Source: an uncultured virus (IMG/VR IMGVR_UViG_3300042276_000826)
Taxonomy: Duplodnaviria > Heunggongvirae > Uroviricota > Caudoviricetes
Virus record (IMG/VR): IMGVR_UViG_3300042276_000826
Strand: one strand, 5' to 3'
DNA length: 64,000 bases
A program made the position numbers and the translations under genes. Shown here one piece after another: positions 9,293-20,708 of this stretch. A model generated the notes under the pieces. The model did no database searches, had not been told where the DNA came from, and saw nothing but the letters and a program-made list of their open reading frames with translations. How positions within the stretch are numbered: position 1 is the stretch's first letter; each line of letters begins with the position of its first letter.

Positions 9293-11056
9293 CTATATAA
9301 AGGACTTATTTGTAATGCTTACAACATCATTGATTTCTACATTAAAGTCAAGTTTAAATGGTGTAGCCTTGTGTTTCAAAATGACGTTTTCTTTAATATT
9401 ATTAATTTTCTCAAAAACATCATTTTTGTTAATGTCACATTGTATCATTAGCATTTGCATTGACTGTTTTATCTCATTTGAGCCAAACTTTATTTTTAAA
9501 TTTCTTTGCATTACAAAATCTTTCAAACGCCCCTTTGTTAATAATAACTTAAAATCATCGTCATAAAGATTATTGATTTTTTCAAAAAGTCTTTTTGTTT
9601 TATTTAAATCAATGCTCTCGTCTGAGTTTAAGAAATTTTGAATAAACATCTCTTCATTGTCGTGCAATTTCGCAAAAAGCCTTAAAAATAAATAAACGTC
9701 TATGTAAAGAATTTGCTCATCTAGCACAAGATCAACGAAAACCAAAGAGTTTTTTTCATCAATTAAATTATCAGGGTTTAATAAATCATGCACAAATAGC
9801 TCTATAACGGGGTTGTATTTTTCTTCAAAGTTCTCAAAAACAAAAACAGCGGAGCTTTGACTGGTTATTTTTTCACACTCTTCTAATTCTTTGCATAGAA
9901 GTAGCTTTTTAGGCTCAAAACTCGTTTCTTCATACTCTGCCTCGACTTTACTGTCGTTTGGCTCTTCTATAGTGCTTAGAATCTCTTTATTGGCATCGTT
10001 TTTGTCTTTGTTTTGCTCATTATCTTCATTGGCATCGTTTTTTATAGTTGTGTTTTCTTCTTTTTTGGCATCGTTTTTCTCGGTTTTTTCGGACTCTACG
10101 GCTTTGCTTTGTTTTCTTTTGTGGGTTTTTTCATTTTTGGTTTCTTGAGGATTGACCGTACTGTTTGCAGCTTTATCTTCATAAATTTTAAGCAAGCTGT
10201 CTATTTGGCTTATTGCGTTTTCTTCTTTAGTCTCTTGGGAATTCTCTTTTTTTTCTGTAAATTTATTTAAAAACTCTTCTTCTTCTTTTTTCTCTTCTTC
10301 TTTTATTTTTTTTCTCTTTGCTTTCTTTTCATCTTTAATCTTCTTTTCATTATCCAAAAAGGCTTGCTCGTACTCATCGACTTTTGTTTTTAGTTCATTA
10401 ACTTCACTGCTTGCTTCATGTTTGATTTTTAAATTTTCTTTTGCTGCTTCAAGCTTATTAAACTCTACACTTTCAATAACAACACCTTCTTTGACAATTG
10501 TATAACCGCAGCTTGTACTGATTTTATATTTTCCATCTTCAAGTTGTTCTATCTTTTTTTCAAAATTTGGAACATCATTATTTAAAGGTTGCTGTTCAAG
10601 CTCACTCATCTCTCTGCTTAGTTCCTCCGAAACACCTGTTTGACTATTAATTTGCTCTTGTAGTTTTTGAAAAATCACTTTGCCGTCTTCGTTAGAAAAC
10701 ATGTTGTAATTTTTCCAATGCTTTAAAATATAAATTGCTTTAGTAAAATCAACCATGATAGGGCCATCATCAGTTTCAAGTTGTTCTTTGATTTGCTTTA
10801 GTTCATTTTTGATGTCTTCACTTTCAATATCATCTTTCACTACAAAATTTTTTTTCTCTTTTTTTTCATCATCGACAATTTCAATCTCAATATTATTTTG
10901 CTTATTCTCTTTTTGCTTTTTAAGTTCACTCTTAAAAAATTTCACTGCATCAATTTTGAAAAAATATTTCAAAACAAAAAATGAAATGAACATGAAAATT
11001 GGCAACAAAAAAAACAAATATTTTAAATTTTCAAAAAACAACTCTAAAAAAAACAT
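9293..11056 (-). CDS. membrane-anchored, charged coiled-coil protein
   Basis: 587 aa, N-terminal TM, E/K-rich low-complexity middle. Confidence 0.7.
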   Translation of the reverse strand: MFFLELFFENLKYLFFLLPIFMFISFFVLKYFFKIDAVKFFKSELKKQKENKQNNIEIEIVDDEKKEKKNFVVKDDIESEDIKNELKQIKEQLETDDGPIMVDFTKAIYILKHWKNYNMFSNEDGKVIFQKLQEQINSQTGVSEELSREMSELEQQPLNNDVPNFEKKIEQLEDGKYKISTSCGYTIVKEGVVIESVEFNKLEAAKENLKIKHEASSEVNELKTKVDEYEQAFLDNEKKIKDEKKAKRKKIKEEEKKEEEEFLNKFTEKKENSQETKEENAISQIDSLLKIYEDKAANSTVNPQETKNEKTHKRKQSKAVESEKTEKNDAKKEENTTIKNDANEDNEQNKDKNDANKEILSTIEEPNDSKVEAEYEETSFEPKKLLLCKELEECEKITSQSSAVFVFENFEEKYNPVIELFVHDLLNPDNLIDEKNSLVFVDLVLDEQILYIDVYLFLRLFAKLHDNEEMFIQNFLNSDESIDLNKTKRLFEKINNLYDDDFKLLLTKGRLKDFVMQRNLKIKFGSNEIKQSMQMLMIQCDINKNDVFEKINNIKENVILKHKATPFKLDFNVEINDVVSITNKSFI

Positions 11057-11135
11057 TTTTTCATCTCCTCTGAACCTACTTCGTAGGTTTGTCTATATGA
11101 CAATTATAATATATATTACATCTTATAGATAGGTG

Positions 11136-11246
11136 TTATATAAGAGTTTTATAATTTATATAACTCTTATAAACTATATAATTCCTATATAACTCTTATA
11201 AAATATAAGAGTCTTATAAGAGTTATATATAACGTGCAAATTGCAC
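11136..11246. repeat. cluster of five TATAAGAGT motifs in both orientations plus GTGCAA-A-TTGCAC palindrome; candidate oriT/operator
   Basis: tataagagt or its reverse complement at ~11138, 11163, 11192, 11204, 11215; palindrome 11234-11246. Confidence 0.65.
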
Positions 11247-11262
11247 AACTCTAAAAACCATT

Positions 11263-11913
11263 TTACTCAAAGAGTAAACGCTGTTTATCTCTGTTTGTTT
11301 CCCAATATTTTTTTGCATTTGAGGGATTAAATGCGACTTGTTTTAAACCTTTTTTAAGTGCATAATCAATAGTCAAATTGATTAAATCTTCATCAACATT
11401 TATCTTTTTTAAGTTCTCTTTTTTAAAAGGAATTCCCTCATATTCTATTGCATTTCCGTTCTTATCTTCATACACATTCACTAAATAATAAGTGTCTTTT
11501 TGTTGAATTCTTCCTTTGAAACCCGAACTAATTTTCTTATTATTTGGGTAAACGATTTGAAAATAGTCTTGAAGTAACCCTAGAATTAAAAACCCTTTTG
11601 CTCGATTTAATTGAGCTTTTTCGTTGTAATCATCAATAGCTCTTGTCGCTTTCAAACTGAAAATTGAGAATATTTTTTCGGTTGTTTCTTTATCATCTGG
11701 CTCAAACGCTTTTGCAACACACTTGATGAAAAAGTCATAGCTTACATTAAAATTTCCTCTTTCATTGTCGTATGTAAATGGATAATAGCTCTTGGGATTA
11801 TCCTTTGCATATTGTACACAATTCGATAAAAGATAATTAAAAAAATCTCTTAAATCACCCTCATCTCTAAACATTTGTACTATGTCTGTCGGCTCTTGAA
11901 ACACTCTACTCAT
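11263..11913 (-). CDS. hypothetical protein
   Basis: 216 aa ORF overlapping the upstream ORF 11906-12286 (126 aa). Confidence 0.65.
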   Translation of the reverse strand: MSRVFQEPTDIVQMFRDEGDLRDFFNYLLSNCVQYAKDNPKSYYPFTYDNERGNFNVSYDFFIKCVAKAFEPDDKETTEKIFSIFSLKATRAIDDYNEKAQLNRAKGFLILGLLQDYFQIVYPNNKKISSGFKGRIQQKDTYYLVNVYEDKNGNAIEYEGIPFKKENLKKINVDEDLINLTIDYALKKGLKQVAFNPSNAKKYWETNRDKQRLLFE

Positions 11914-12263
11914 TGTTTTTATCCTTAATAAATTTTGTTTTATTTGTGAGTCCTAGATTTGAAAATATCTTACTCATGTGTTCATAATCCTTAAACTTAT
12001 AAGCTTCAAAAAGAGATGAAATAGAACACTTTAGATATTCATTTTCATCCTTAAGGTTATAAATTTCATCTCTCAAAAGCTCTTTGTTTTCATTAAATTG
12101 CTTTGAAAAGTTTTTAATTTCTTCCGCATCTTCCAACTCTTTTTGAACTTTTAATATATGATTTTTGTCCGAACATTTAATGATGATGCTATCTAATTTG
12201 ATAATAACTTTCGCACAAAAAATCTCTTTGAGTTCTTTAAGCCTATTAAATAAACTAAACTTC

Positions 12264-12524
12264 TTATTCCGCTCTATCTTCTTCAAAATTGTCTTCTTTT
12301 TTGAGATTAATGTCTTTCTCTTTTAATTCTTTGTACACCTTGTTAACTTCACTTTTTTCTAAAAGCTTTCCTAAATAATCTTCAACTTTAATGCCATATT
12401 TTTTGCAAATAAAATTGATTTTATCCTCCATGCTCTCTACAACCTTTGCTTTTACATGCACCTCTTTTTCTTGCTCTTGTTGCTCTATTACTAAAGCTTC
12501 AATGATTGATTTAGCTTTTGCCAT
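12264..12524 (-). CDS. putative ribbon-helix-helix DNA-binding protein
   Basis: VHVKAKV strand followed by two short helices (ESMEDKINFICKKYGIKVEDYLGKLLEK); strong RBS. Confidence 0.5.
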   Translation of the reverse strand: MAKAKSIIEALVIEQQEQEKEVHVKAKVVESMEDKINFICKKYGIKVEDYLGKLLEKSEVNKVYKELKEKDINLKKEDNFEEDRAE

Positions 12525-12648
12525 TTTTTATTACTCCTTTAAAAATTTGTAATAAATTGTATTTAATTATTAATTAAAATTGCTTTAATAATTGCTTAAT
12601 AATTTGATTGTGTTTTTAACTTTGAGATATGAGATGAATTGAATATAG

Positions 12649-14196
12649 TTATTTTGATAAAAGCATTTCTTTAATATTATCATCTATTGGACAATAGACT
12701 TCAAACGCACCCTTATCTTTTACATTGATTTTAATACGCTCATTTTTAACCAAAACGGTTTCACTTTCAAGTCTTTTTTTTGCACGTGTAATTGCAACAT
12801 AGAGTAAATAAATCTCTTCTAAATTAAATTCAGTTTTATAGCTACTTAGGTCTATAAACCCTTTCAAAAGTAGAACATGATCCCATTCAAGTCCTTTGCT
12901 TTTGTGGGCAGTAGTAAGAATAATATCTGCATCTTCTTTTTTAGCAACAACTCTACTTTTAAGCTTTCTAAGTTCTTCTGAAATTTTAGGGATTGACATT
13001 GAAACCTTAATCTTTGTAAGAATATCTATCTCATTTGAAGACTCTGCATAAGCAATGAGTTCATCTAATGTACTAAAATTTGCAAAAAAATTGTTTCTAA
13101 TATAAACCTCTTCATGCTCTTTTTTATATCTAAGCCTAACTAAATCTACTAAATCGTAAAAGTTATATTGATTAAACCCTCCAACAAAATATAATTTGCT
13201 ATTGCCTGTTTCAAAAGCAGCATACTGAAATAATTGTATGTTACTTCTTGCAATTATTGCATAATCTTTATACTTTTCTTGGTCGTCATGTATATTTTCA
13301 TTCCCAATAAACTTTTGCTCTTTATCGCAAATTTTTAGATATTCAAGTGCAATTTTTGCAATCTCTGCGGAACACCTAAAGCTTTTAGTAAGCTGTAATT
13401 TCAAAACATTAGGATTATCTCTCATTTTCTCTAAGGCATTTTCTGCACCACGCCACGCATAAATTTGTTGAAAAGAATCACCAATAAAAGCTTTTTTTGC
13501 TCTTTTTTGTTGAAGTAGAATATCAATAACGCAGTTGTTAGCATCTTGTGCCTCATCTAGTAATATATAATTGTAGTAATCCAAATATGGGTTTTCAAGT
13601 TGAAACTCTTTTAAGTAAAAGTCATGTTCATAAGGCATATCTTCATTCTCTTTTAAATCATCCCAAACGAATGTAATCTTAGATAAAAAGTAGTTAATTT
13701 TAATCTTATGAGTATCTTCAAATTCTCTTTTATTTAATCTTAAAAGCTCTAAAAACTCATCCATTGTATAAGAAGAGTATGCAAACTGCTTTAATAATTT
13801 TGACATAATATAAGCATATCTATACCTATTACTTTCCTCAACATCCATGCAGTATTCTGCATAAGTAAGTACAGGTATTTCCATTCCATGCTCTTCAAAA
13901 CGCTTTGAATATTTAGCACCAAATTGAGAAAAAGAGACTCCATGAGTAGTTTTTACTACTACATTTTTAAGATGTTTAAACTTCTTTTCTGCATCAATTT
14001 TATTAGCTCTCCCATAAGCCAGGTAAAGAATTTTAGAATTTGGGCGTGCAGCAGCAAAGCCAACTATTGTATGAGTTTTTCCACTTCCTGCTTTGGCTTC
14101 TACTACTAATATATCATCAAAGGGGGATATAATAATATGCTGTTGTTCTTCTGTGTATGAGTCTAAATCTACGTTATTTAAGATATTATCTTGCAA
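12649..14196 (-). CDS. UvrD-like SF1 DNA helicase
   Basis: AKAGSGKT, LDEAQD, GDSFQQIYAWRGA, LTKSFRC, TAHKSKGLEWD, LYVAITRAK. Confidence 0.92.
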   Translation of the reverse strand: MQDNILNNVDLDSYTEEQQHIIISPFDDILVVEAKAGSGKTHTIVGFAAARPNSKILYLAYGRANKIDAEKKFKHLKNVVVKTTHGVSFSQFGAKYSKRFEEHGMEIPVLTYAEYCMDVEESNRYRYAYIMSKLLKQFAYSSYTMDEFLELLRLNKREFEDTHKIKINYFLSKITFVWDDLKENEDMPYEHDFYLKEFQLENPYLDYYNYILLDEAQDANNCVIDILLQQKRAKKAFIGDSFQQIYAWRGAENALEKMRDNPNVLKLQLTKSFRCSAEIAKIALEYLKICDKEQKFIGNENIHDDQEKYKDYAIIARSNIQLFQYAAFETGNSKLYFVGGFNQYNFYDLVDLVRLRYKKEHEEVYIRNNFFANFSTLDELIAYAESSNEIDILTKIKVSMSIPKISEELRKLKSRVVAKKEDADIILTTAHKSKGLEWDHVLLLKGFIDLSSYKTEFNLEEIYLLYVAITRAKKRLESETVLVKNERIKINVKDKGAFEVYCPIDDNIKEMLLSK

Positions 14197-14701
14197 AAAC
14201 TTTTACCTTTATGGATTTAATTTTATTTATTGATTTATTAATTTATTTAAGTTTATTATAGTTTAAATGAGATAAAAAGATATTGAAAGTTTGTATTTTT
14301 AAGGATTAAAATCAGATTTTATCAAAAAAAAGAGCTTGAAGTTTTGGACTCTTCTATTTATATTTTTTGAGATTAAAACTAAAGCTCTTCCGCACTTAAT
14401 TCAAAAATTTTTCTATTTTGCTCATTGGGAATTAAAAATGAGGGTATTAAAAATTTAAAATAATGCTTAGAAGAGATTGTTTTATTGAAATTTTTACTCT
14501 CAAAACTTAAGTAAAAAGGGGGTTTTATTCTGCATAATAATGTAAGTGTTGTCTCTTCTTCTAGGTTAACATACAAGTCTATTTCTGAATTTATTACAAA
14601 ATGTACATCATCTGTGCTCTCAACAATTCTTTTGGTTTTAATTGAATTAACTGTAATCATTTCCATCTATAATCCTTTATACTTCTTTTGATAAATGTCC
14701 T

Positions 14702-15352
14702 CTATTTCTCAATAAAATCTGATTTCAATACTGCAAGTTTGACAATAGTATTAATGTCTATGTTTGAGCTGCTTGCAACATCAGTGAGATTTTTATATTG
14801 CTCTTGAGATAGATTTAGCGTGAACGTATAAGAATTTTCCTCTTTGTTTACCTGGCCAACCTCATTAAGAGCTTTTTTAAAATCGCCTTGTATAATTTTA
14901 TCACAAGAGCATGAGACCATTAAATTAAGTGGATTATTAAAATCCTCAATGATAAAACCATCTTTGCAATAAATCATCTCATCTATTTTGTTCTTTTCAT
15001 TTGGTCCAAAAGTTTCAATGTAATCTTTGGTGTTGTCCATATAGCCAATAACTGTTTTTCCTAACGCTTTTGCATAACCACACTCCCAAACCGTTCCGCT
15101 GTCTGGTTCTTTGCCTCTAAATGGATTAAGATTAGCTATTACAACATCACATTTCTCAATCATTGTCTTGTTGGCTTTGTAAATAGCATAAGCTGTTTGT
15201 TGCTTTGTGGTATCGCATGGCAAGTTCAACTCATTATCAAGAGGAAACAAGCCGATGAGGTTGTGCTTTTTGCACAAAGAAGTGTACTTTTTACCAATCT
15301 CTTTTGCGTTAGGTTCAAAAACATCAAAACCTGCGATGTAAATTTTTATCAT
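14702..15352 (-). CDS. nucleoside 2-deoxyribosyltransferase family protein with C-terminal RHH-like extension
   Basis: IYIAGFDVF, CDVVIANLNPFRG.EPDSGTVWECGYA..LGK, NLMV. Confidence 0.85.
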   Translation of the reverse strand: MIKIYIAGFDVFEPNAKEIGKKYTSLCKKHNLIGLFPLDNELNLPCDTTKQQTAYAIYKANKTMIEKCDVVIANLNPFRGKEPDSGTVWECGYAKALGKTVIGYMDNTKDYIETFGPNEKNKIDEMIYCKDGFIIEDFNNPLNLMVSCSCDKIIQGDFKKALNEVGQVNKEENSYTFTLNLSQEQYKNLTDVASSSNIDINTIVKLAVLKSDFIEK

Positions 15353-15660
15353 TGTGTTCCTTTTTTTGCATCATCTCTCTTCTGGACTTTGCATATACCC
15401 TTTAATCATTATTAGTAAACCTTTTGAAAACTGCTCAAAAATAGTATTAGTGAATACTCCATCACTAAAAATTTCATATTTTCTATCAACTGGATATTTA
15501 TATTTTCCGTTTAAATAGTAGCCATCGACTAAAAATACTTTACACTTCTTTGTATCCATAAGAAGCATTTTTTTTGAAATCAAAAAAGGCTTTTCGGTTT
15601 CAGAATAAACATAGCTTGATGCCTCTTTTTTATTTTTTCCGATATAAAAAGTTTTCACCT

Positions 15661-16278
15661 CTATCTCTTTTTTTCTCTTTGTAAAAATGTAGCGAATGAA
15701 GTCAATCCATACATAAAATGTTCATCTTCGTCTTTTATTAAATCTCTAAACCCCCATTTTGAATAAAGCTTTTTGAGTTTTTTTTGAGCAATTTTAAACT
15801 CTCTTTCATCAAATTTTTCATTTAAGTTTTCAAACTGCAAGGGGAATACTTTAAGATAAATTGCGTGGTCGTCCAAATTTAAAATATCTAACGCCTTAAT
15901 TAGTGCCTCTTTTGCTAATCCAGTGCCTCGATACTCTTTCTCAAACTCAATCCTATCCAAAATGTACAAATTGTTAAAATTAAAAGGATAGTGTGTTTTA
16001 AAAGCTATATCTATAACCTTTTCTGACACACCATTTTTATCCACAAGACTTGCAAAACAATCTGTTTCGGAAGCTGAGTCTAAAACATCATAAGGAGAAC
16101 CTTTGCTAAAATCAGTTTTGATTATTCGTATTGTTCCAATAGTTTTTGCATCATCTGGATTTTCGCCTAAATCATAATAGATGTTAAAATTATAAAAAGT
16201 TAATCCTATATAAGGTGAGCAATCATCATCCATGTTAGTTTTTACTTGCAGCTCAATATTAAAGTTATACAGTTTCAT
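15661..16278 (-). CDS. GNAT-fold protein
   Basis: LDRIEFEKEYRGTGLA and KLYSKWGF acetyl-CoA-binding motifs. Confidence 0.6.
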   Translation of the reverse strand: MKLYNFNIELQVKTNMDDDCSPYIGLTFYNFNIYYDLGENPDDAKTIGTIRIIKTDFSKGSPYDVLDSASETDCFASLVDKNGVSEKVIDIAFKTHYPFNFNNLYILDRIEFEKEYRGTGLAKEALIKALDILNLDDHAIYLKVFPLQFENLNEKFDEREFKIAQKKLKKLYSKWGFRDLIKDEDEHFMYGLTSFATFLQREKKR

Positions 16279-17173
16279 TATTTTCCTTTTTACACTAATT
16301 TTATAATGCCATCTTGCCTAAATTCATAAGCAATACTATTTTTCTCAAGTTGCTTTGCCAATTCTTTTTGGTGAGTCACAAAAGACTTAAACCAATCCTT
16401 GTGAGCCTCAAGCTCTCTTATGGCTTCGTCAAGCTCCTCTATTTTACCTTTGTAGCTTTCCAATTCATCTGAATATTCATCGCCCATAAATATTCTAAAT
16501 GCTATTTCTCTCTCTTTTTTTAAAATATCTAACGCCCTCATATTTCCCTCTTTTTAAAATTGCCGTAGGTCCACATTCCTAATGCCACTGTTCCTATGGG
16601 AAAAAGCAAACAGCCCAATGCAAAAAGAGCAATAATTATTGGCAATCTTAGCAGCTCTCTTGCTCTAAATCTTCCGTCTTGAATGCAAACAGATAAAACT
16701 GCAAAAATGAAATTTAGCAGTATAAAGAATAATCCAATATTTCGTGTGTGCTCGTGTTCAAAAAACATAAAAACCATGCTGTTCCTTTTTTAAAATATTG
16801 CAATTTGTAAAGCTCTATACTTGCTTTGTGAACTCTTCTTTTACTTCATCGTAATTTTTAGAATAGCCACCCTCTGAAATTTTTGCACCGAAAATTAAAA
16901 TTTGTTTAATGACTTCATCATCAATCTTATTTCCTAATTTGTCAAGATCAATATTTAAAATATTCAATACATCAGTAACCATGTATCTTTCAATTTTTGT
17001 ATTGTATTTCATTTTCTTCTTCCTTTTTAATAATCACGTAGTTGTGATTCGTTTCAAACTTAAATTTTAATACGATTTGCACTTCATAGTTATCTTCTTC
17101 TCGTTCTGTTTTTAAAATGATTCTAAAATCTTTTTCCGTATTTCTTCTTATTGCTAACATTTTAAACCTTTCT

Positions 17174-17623
17174 TTACTGCATTTCTTTTTCTACCTCTTC
17201 AATTCTATCTTTTAAAGAAATAGAAGTATTGTGCAGCAACTCCCAAGCTTCATCAAAATATTCATTGTTAATTTTAACCTTAGGCAAACAGGTTTTATTG
17301 TAAAAATCCTTTGTGTTTTTTTGCCATAAACCACTTGCTAAAATACAATAAGAGTATTCGCTTGCTACACTATTCTCATTTTCCTCTTTTTTAATAAGCC
17401 CATCTGCTTTCTCTTTGAGTGCAATTAATTCATCTTTTGTCATAGCACTTAACATCCAATAAAGATGAAATCTCCAATCATTTTTTTTGCTTTTCCAACT
17501 TCTCATTGTACTTAAAGGTATTCCGCAAATCTCATGGATTTTTGCATCTGATATATTTCCTTTTCGTTTTGTACTGCCTTTATGTCTAACCGTAAAGACA
17601 CCTTGTAAATTTTTTTTCTGCAT
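17174..17623 (-). CDS. HTH-containing protein
   Basis: SDAKIHEICGIPLSTMRSWK helix-turn-helix pattern. Confidence 0.55.
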   Translation of the reverse strand: MQKKNLQGVFTVRHKGSTKRKGNISDAKIHEICGIPLSTMRSWKSKKNDWRFHLYWMLSAMTKDELIALKEKADGLIKKEENENSVASEYSYCILASGLWQKNTKDFYNKTCLPKVKINNEYFDEAWELLHNTSISLKDRIEEVEKEMQ

Positions 17624-17657
17624 CTGCTATCCTTTTTTATCCTGCTTTAAAAGCAGC

Positions 17658-18041
17658 TTATGTATTTTTTTTGATGAATTTCTTCAACACTATTAAAAGC
17701 TCATTTTTCTTTTTACTGTCTTTTTCAACTACTACACTTGATAGTTTAAACAAGTACAATAAATCATCATCTAGTGAAATCTTGTCATTTTTTGCAATAC
17801 TATTATCAGAGGCAAGCTTGTCCTCATAGAAAAAATAATCAAGAGATGTTTTTGTTTCATTAATGCAATGAAAAATATATTTATCTGGAACGTTTCTATT
17901 CCTTTTCCAAGCATCAATTGCGGAAAGGGTGATTTCCAATCGCTTCGCCAATTGAAGATTGGTTTTGATTCCATAGGCATTTTTAATTTTATTGATTATT
18001 ACATGCACACCCATTTCTTTTTTTAGCTTTTCTATGCTCAT
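17658..18041 (-). CDS. phage CI-like HTH transcriptional regulator
   Basis: KIKNAYGIKTNLQLAKRLEITLSAIDAWKRNRNVP...SLDY. Confidence 0.75.
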   Translation of the reverse strand: MSIEKLKKEMGVHVIINKIKNAYGIKTNLQLAKRLEITLSAIDAWKRNRNVPDKYIFHCINETKTSLDYFFYEDKLASDNSIAKNDKISLDDDLLYLFKLSSVVVEKDSKKKNELLIVLKKFIKKNT

Positions 18042-18831
18042 TAGTTCTCGCTTTTGATTTTTTTATTCTACTTCCGAAAGTAGTTCTGCTCTATGCTTGA
18101 TAAAAAGTTCTACAACCTTATTGCTAGACAAGGCATCAATCTCTTTGTCCTCATCTTCATTGTGTCCATAGTAGCCCATATAGTAAAGATAATCTTCTTT
18201 TAGCACTTCTGCGAACTCATCATTAATTTTATAATTTGACAAGTCTATGTCTTCAATAATATCATCAAGGATATGGTTGTCCACATCTCTTATAAAATCT
18301 TTAACTATTTGCATAATGTCCTCCTTTGAAATTACTCATAATAGGGAAAATTGTTGTTAATGCATGAAGCCACCCCATAGTAATAGTCTGAACCGTCTTT
18401 ATCTACAGTTATTTCTAAAAAGCTTCTTTTGCACACCCATTGAATCTCAACGTTACTTTCAAATGCTTTGGTGAAAACATCACCGCAAGCAAATATATAC
18501 TTTTCATCTTTTAAATTGAGTAAGTCTTCAATGTTTTGTTGCTTTTCTATTTTATTATTTACATAAGAACAATTTGGAATGGTTGCTATAAAATCTTCTC
18601 TTAGCATGATTGCCCTCTTTTTTCTTGAATTTTTTGAATAATTTCATCAAATGACAAAACAAAAACTTCAATATCATTTTGAATCACTTTTAAAACCTCA
18701 TCACCTGTGACATCAAATTTATACTCGCTGTTTAGTTGAAAAATAATTTCATCTAAGGTGAACAATAAATTAGCCCCAATAGTTGATTTAATCTCGTACA
18801 TAACGAACCCCTTTAATCTTTTTATGCCACA

Positions 18832-18860
18832 ATTATATAATAAAATGAATTAAATGTCAA
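18832..18860 (-). promoter_or_regulatory. sigma70 promoter TTGACA-17-TATAAT
   Basis: tgtcaa 18855-18860, attata 18832-18837 on the + strand; inverted repeat tttacagt/actgtaaa just upstream. Confidence 0.75.
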
Positions 18861-18920
18861 GAGTTTTACAGTGAAATTGACTGTAAATTTGAAGTTTTAA
18901 AGGTATTTTTTAAGAGGAGT

Positions 18921-19742
18921 CTAAAACTCCCCTTTTTGCAAAAGTAGATTAATAAGCTTTTGTTTGTACAGATTTAAGTACATCTCTTTATTTTTAGAGT
19001 TAGATAATGACTTGTAATTAATCTCTAGCAACAATGCGATTGAAATTAAAGAGACATCATTTAATGTAATGCTATCAATTTTTTTTAAATAGCACAGCAG
19101 TTCCCTGTTTTCAATTTCATCTAAAGAGAGTAAGCTTAACTCATCAAAAGCAATTCGCTCTACTGCAAGCAAAGCACAGCGTGCTAAATGCATATTTTCT
19201 TCACTCTTTCTTTCATCAAGCGAAAAAGTATAAATCAAATCATCTTCATTCATAAAGGCAACGCTGTTTTTATATAGGACAAAAGAAAAATATCTTTCTT
19301 CTTCCTCGTCTAAAACAGATAAACAATCAATAGAATTATCATCAAAAGCAATTTGGCACACTTTAATCAAAGTAGGATATATCTCATCTCTTTCATCGAA
19401 ATCAACATAATCTACGCTTGAACAAAAAGTAAACTTTTCACCATTGATAGTCTCTTCATCTAAGTCAACCCAGTTGCCCTTTACAAAAACATTACTTAGG
19501 TCAAGCACGGCTGAAACAGATAAATCATCTCTATTTGAGTACATTACCTCATCTAGGTATTCATATTTTTCACAATAAACTGTATCTAACAACTTAAACG
19601 GCTCTTTGGTGAACATACTAAAAGACTTTTCAAGCAGTTCGTTTTTATTCGTCAGTGCAAAAAATTTTGAACCATAATCATAAATCTTAGAACCATCATT
19701 ACAAGAGCCAATTAAAACTCTTTTGTTTAGTGCTAAACTCAT
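18921..19742 (-). CDS. hypothetical protein
   Basis: 273 aa acidic ORF within an operon. Confidence 0.6.
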   Translation of the reverse strand: MSLALNKRVLIGSCNDGSKIYDYGSKFFALTNKNELLEKSFSMFTKEPFKLLDTVYCEKYEYLDEVMYSNRDDLSVSAVLDLSNVFVKGNWVDLDEETINGEKFTFCSSVDYVDFDERDEIYPTLIKVCQIAFDDNSIDCLSVLDEEEERYFSFVLYKNSVAFMNEDDLIYTFSLDERKSEENMHLARCALLAVERIAFDELSLLSLDEIENRELLCYLKKIDSITLNDVSLISIALLLEINYKSLSNSKNKEMYLNLYKQKLINLLLQKGEF

Positions 19743-19744
19743 AT

Positions 19745-20170
19745 CTACTCTTCCACTTCTACAAGGAGATATTTGAAACTAAAACCCTCAGGTAGAGTTG
19801 TTGACCCCTCAGGCAATCGTCCACCTTGCAGCTGTGCAACAATTAAAATATCGCCTTTTCTTAAAGAAACGTTTACTCTGCTGCACTCAACACCTAAAAC
19901 ATTGGCGGTATCTTGATGCCCAACGGCACTTTTTAGATGAGGTTTAATCATATCAAAACACTCACCATCAATTTCCGAAATTGTAAGCTCTGAATAGCTT
20001 ACGTCTTCCAACATTTGTAAGCTGAATGCGTTTGCAATATAGCAATCTAAAATATGTGGAGTATCGTAATCTGTTTTATCACCTTGCCCTACATAAAAAA
20101 TAACTTCGCTATCTACAACCTCACACGTATAATCTCTTCCTAAAGTTTTCATATTAATTTTCTCCTTCAT
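19745..20170 (-). CDS. AcrIII-1/DUF1874 (STIV B116/YddF)-like ring nuclease
   Basis: YIANAFSLQML, SAVGHQDTANVLG, SRVNVSLRKGD, GRLPEG signature motifs. Confidence 0.75.
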   Translation of the reverse strand: MKEKINMKTLGRDYTCEVVDSEVIFYVGQGDKTDYDTPHILDCYIANAFSLQMLEDVSYSELTISEIDGECFDMIKPHLKSAVGHQDTANVLGVECSRVNVSLRKGDILIVAQLQGGRLPEGSTTLPEGFSFKYLLVEVEE

Positions 20171-20679
20171 TGTGAACTACCCTTTCACTTTATTGCATTT
20201 TTAATTTAATATATTCATCATTTGTTTTAGGTTTAGGACATATTTCCAAAGGTATTCTTCCTGCACTTAATCCCTCGAAACCTTTAATTGTTTTGTTTTC
20301 ATTTTTATAACCTAAAAGACAACCCCAATAATCATCTGCTTTACAACCATGACAAGTTTTTTTAATTCTTAAAATAATGTTTTCATTGTCGCTCATGCTC
20401 TTCTTCCTTATGGCACAACATTATTTATTATCAGCAATACTACATTGCTTTTCCAAAAATGATTTTGTATCATTTTCTAGTTTTTTTGCCCAACCATAAA
20501 TAGGTATATTGTATTCATTTAAAGCCAATTTTTCATTTTTATATTCAAGTATTTCCGCTTTAAACAATGTAAGCGTACCTAGGTAAAAGATACTAATACT
20601 AATGTAGCAATTAGTAAAATTCTTTTGTCGGAACTTTTCATAATTTTCCTTTTTTATAAATCAATTTCTCTATAAAGAC

Positions 20680-20708
20680 AGTATATCAAATTATCTTAGA
20701 CTTGTCAA
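20680..20708 (-). promoter_or_regulatory. sigma70 promoter TTGACA-17-TATACT
   Basis: tgtcaa 20703-20708, agtata 20680-20685. Confidence 0.65.
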
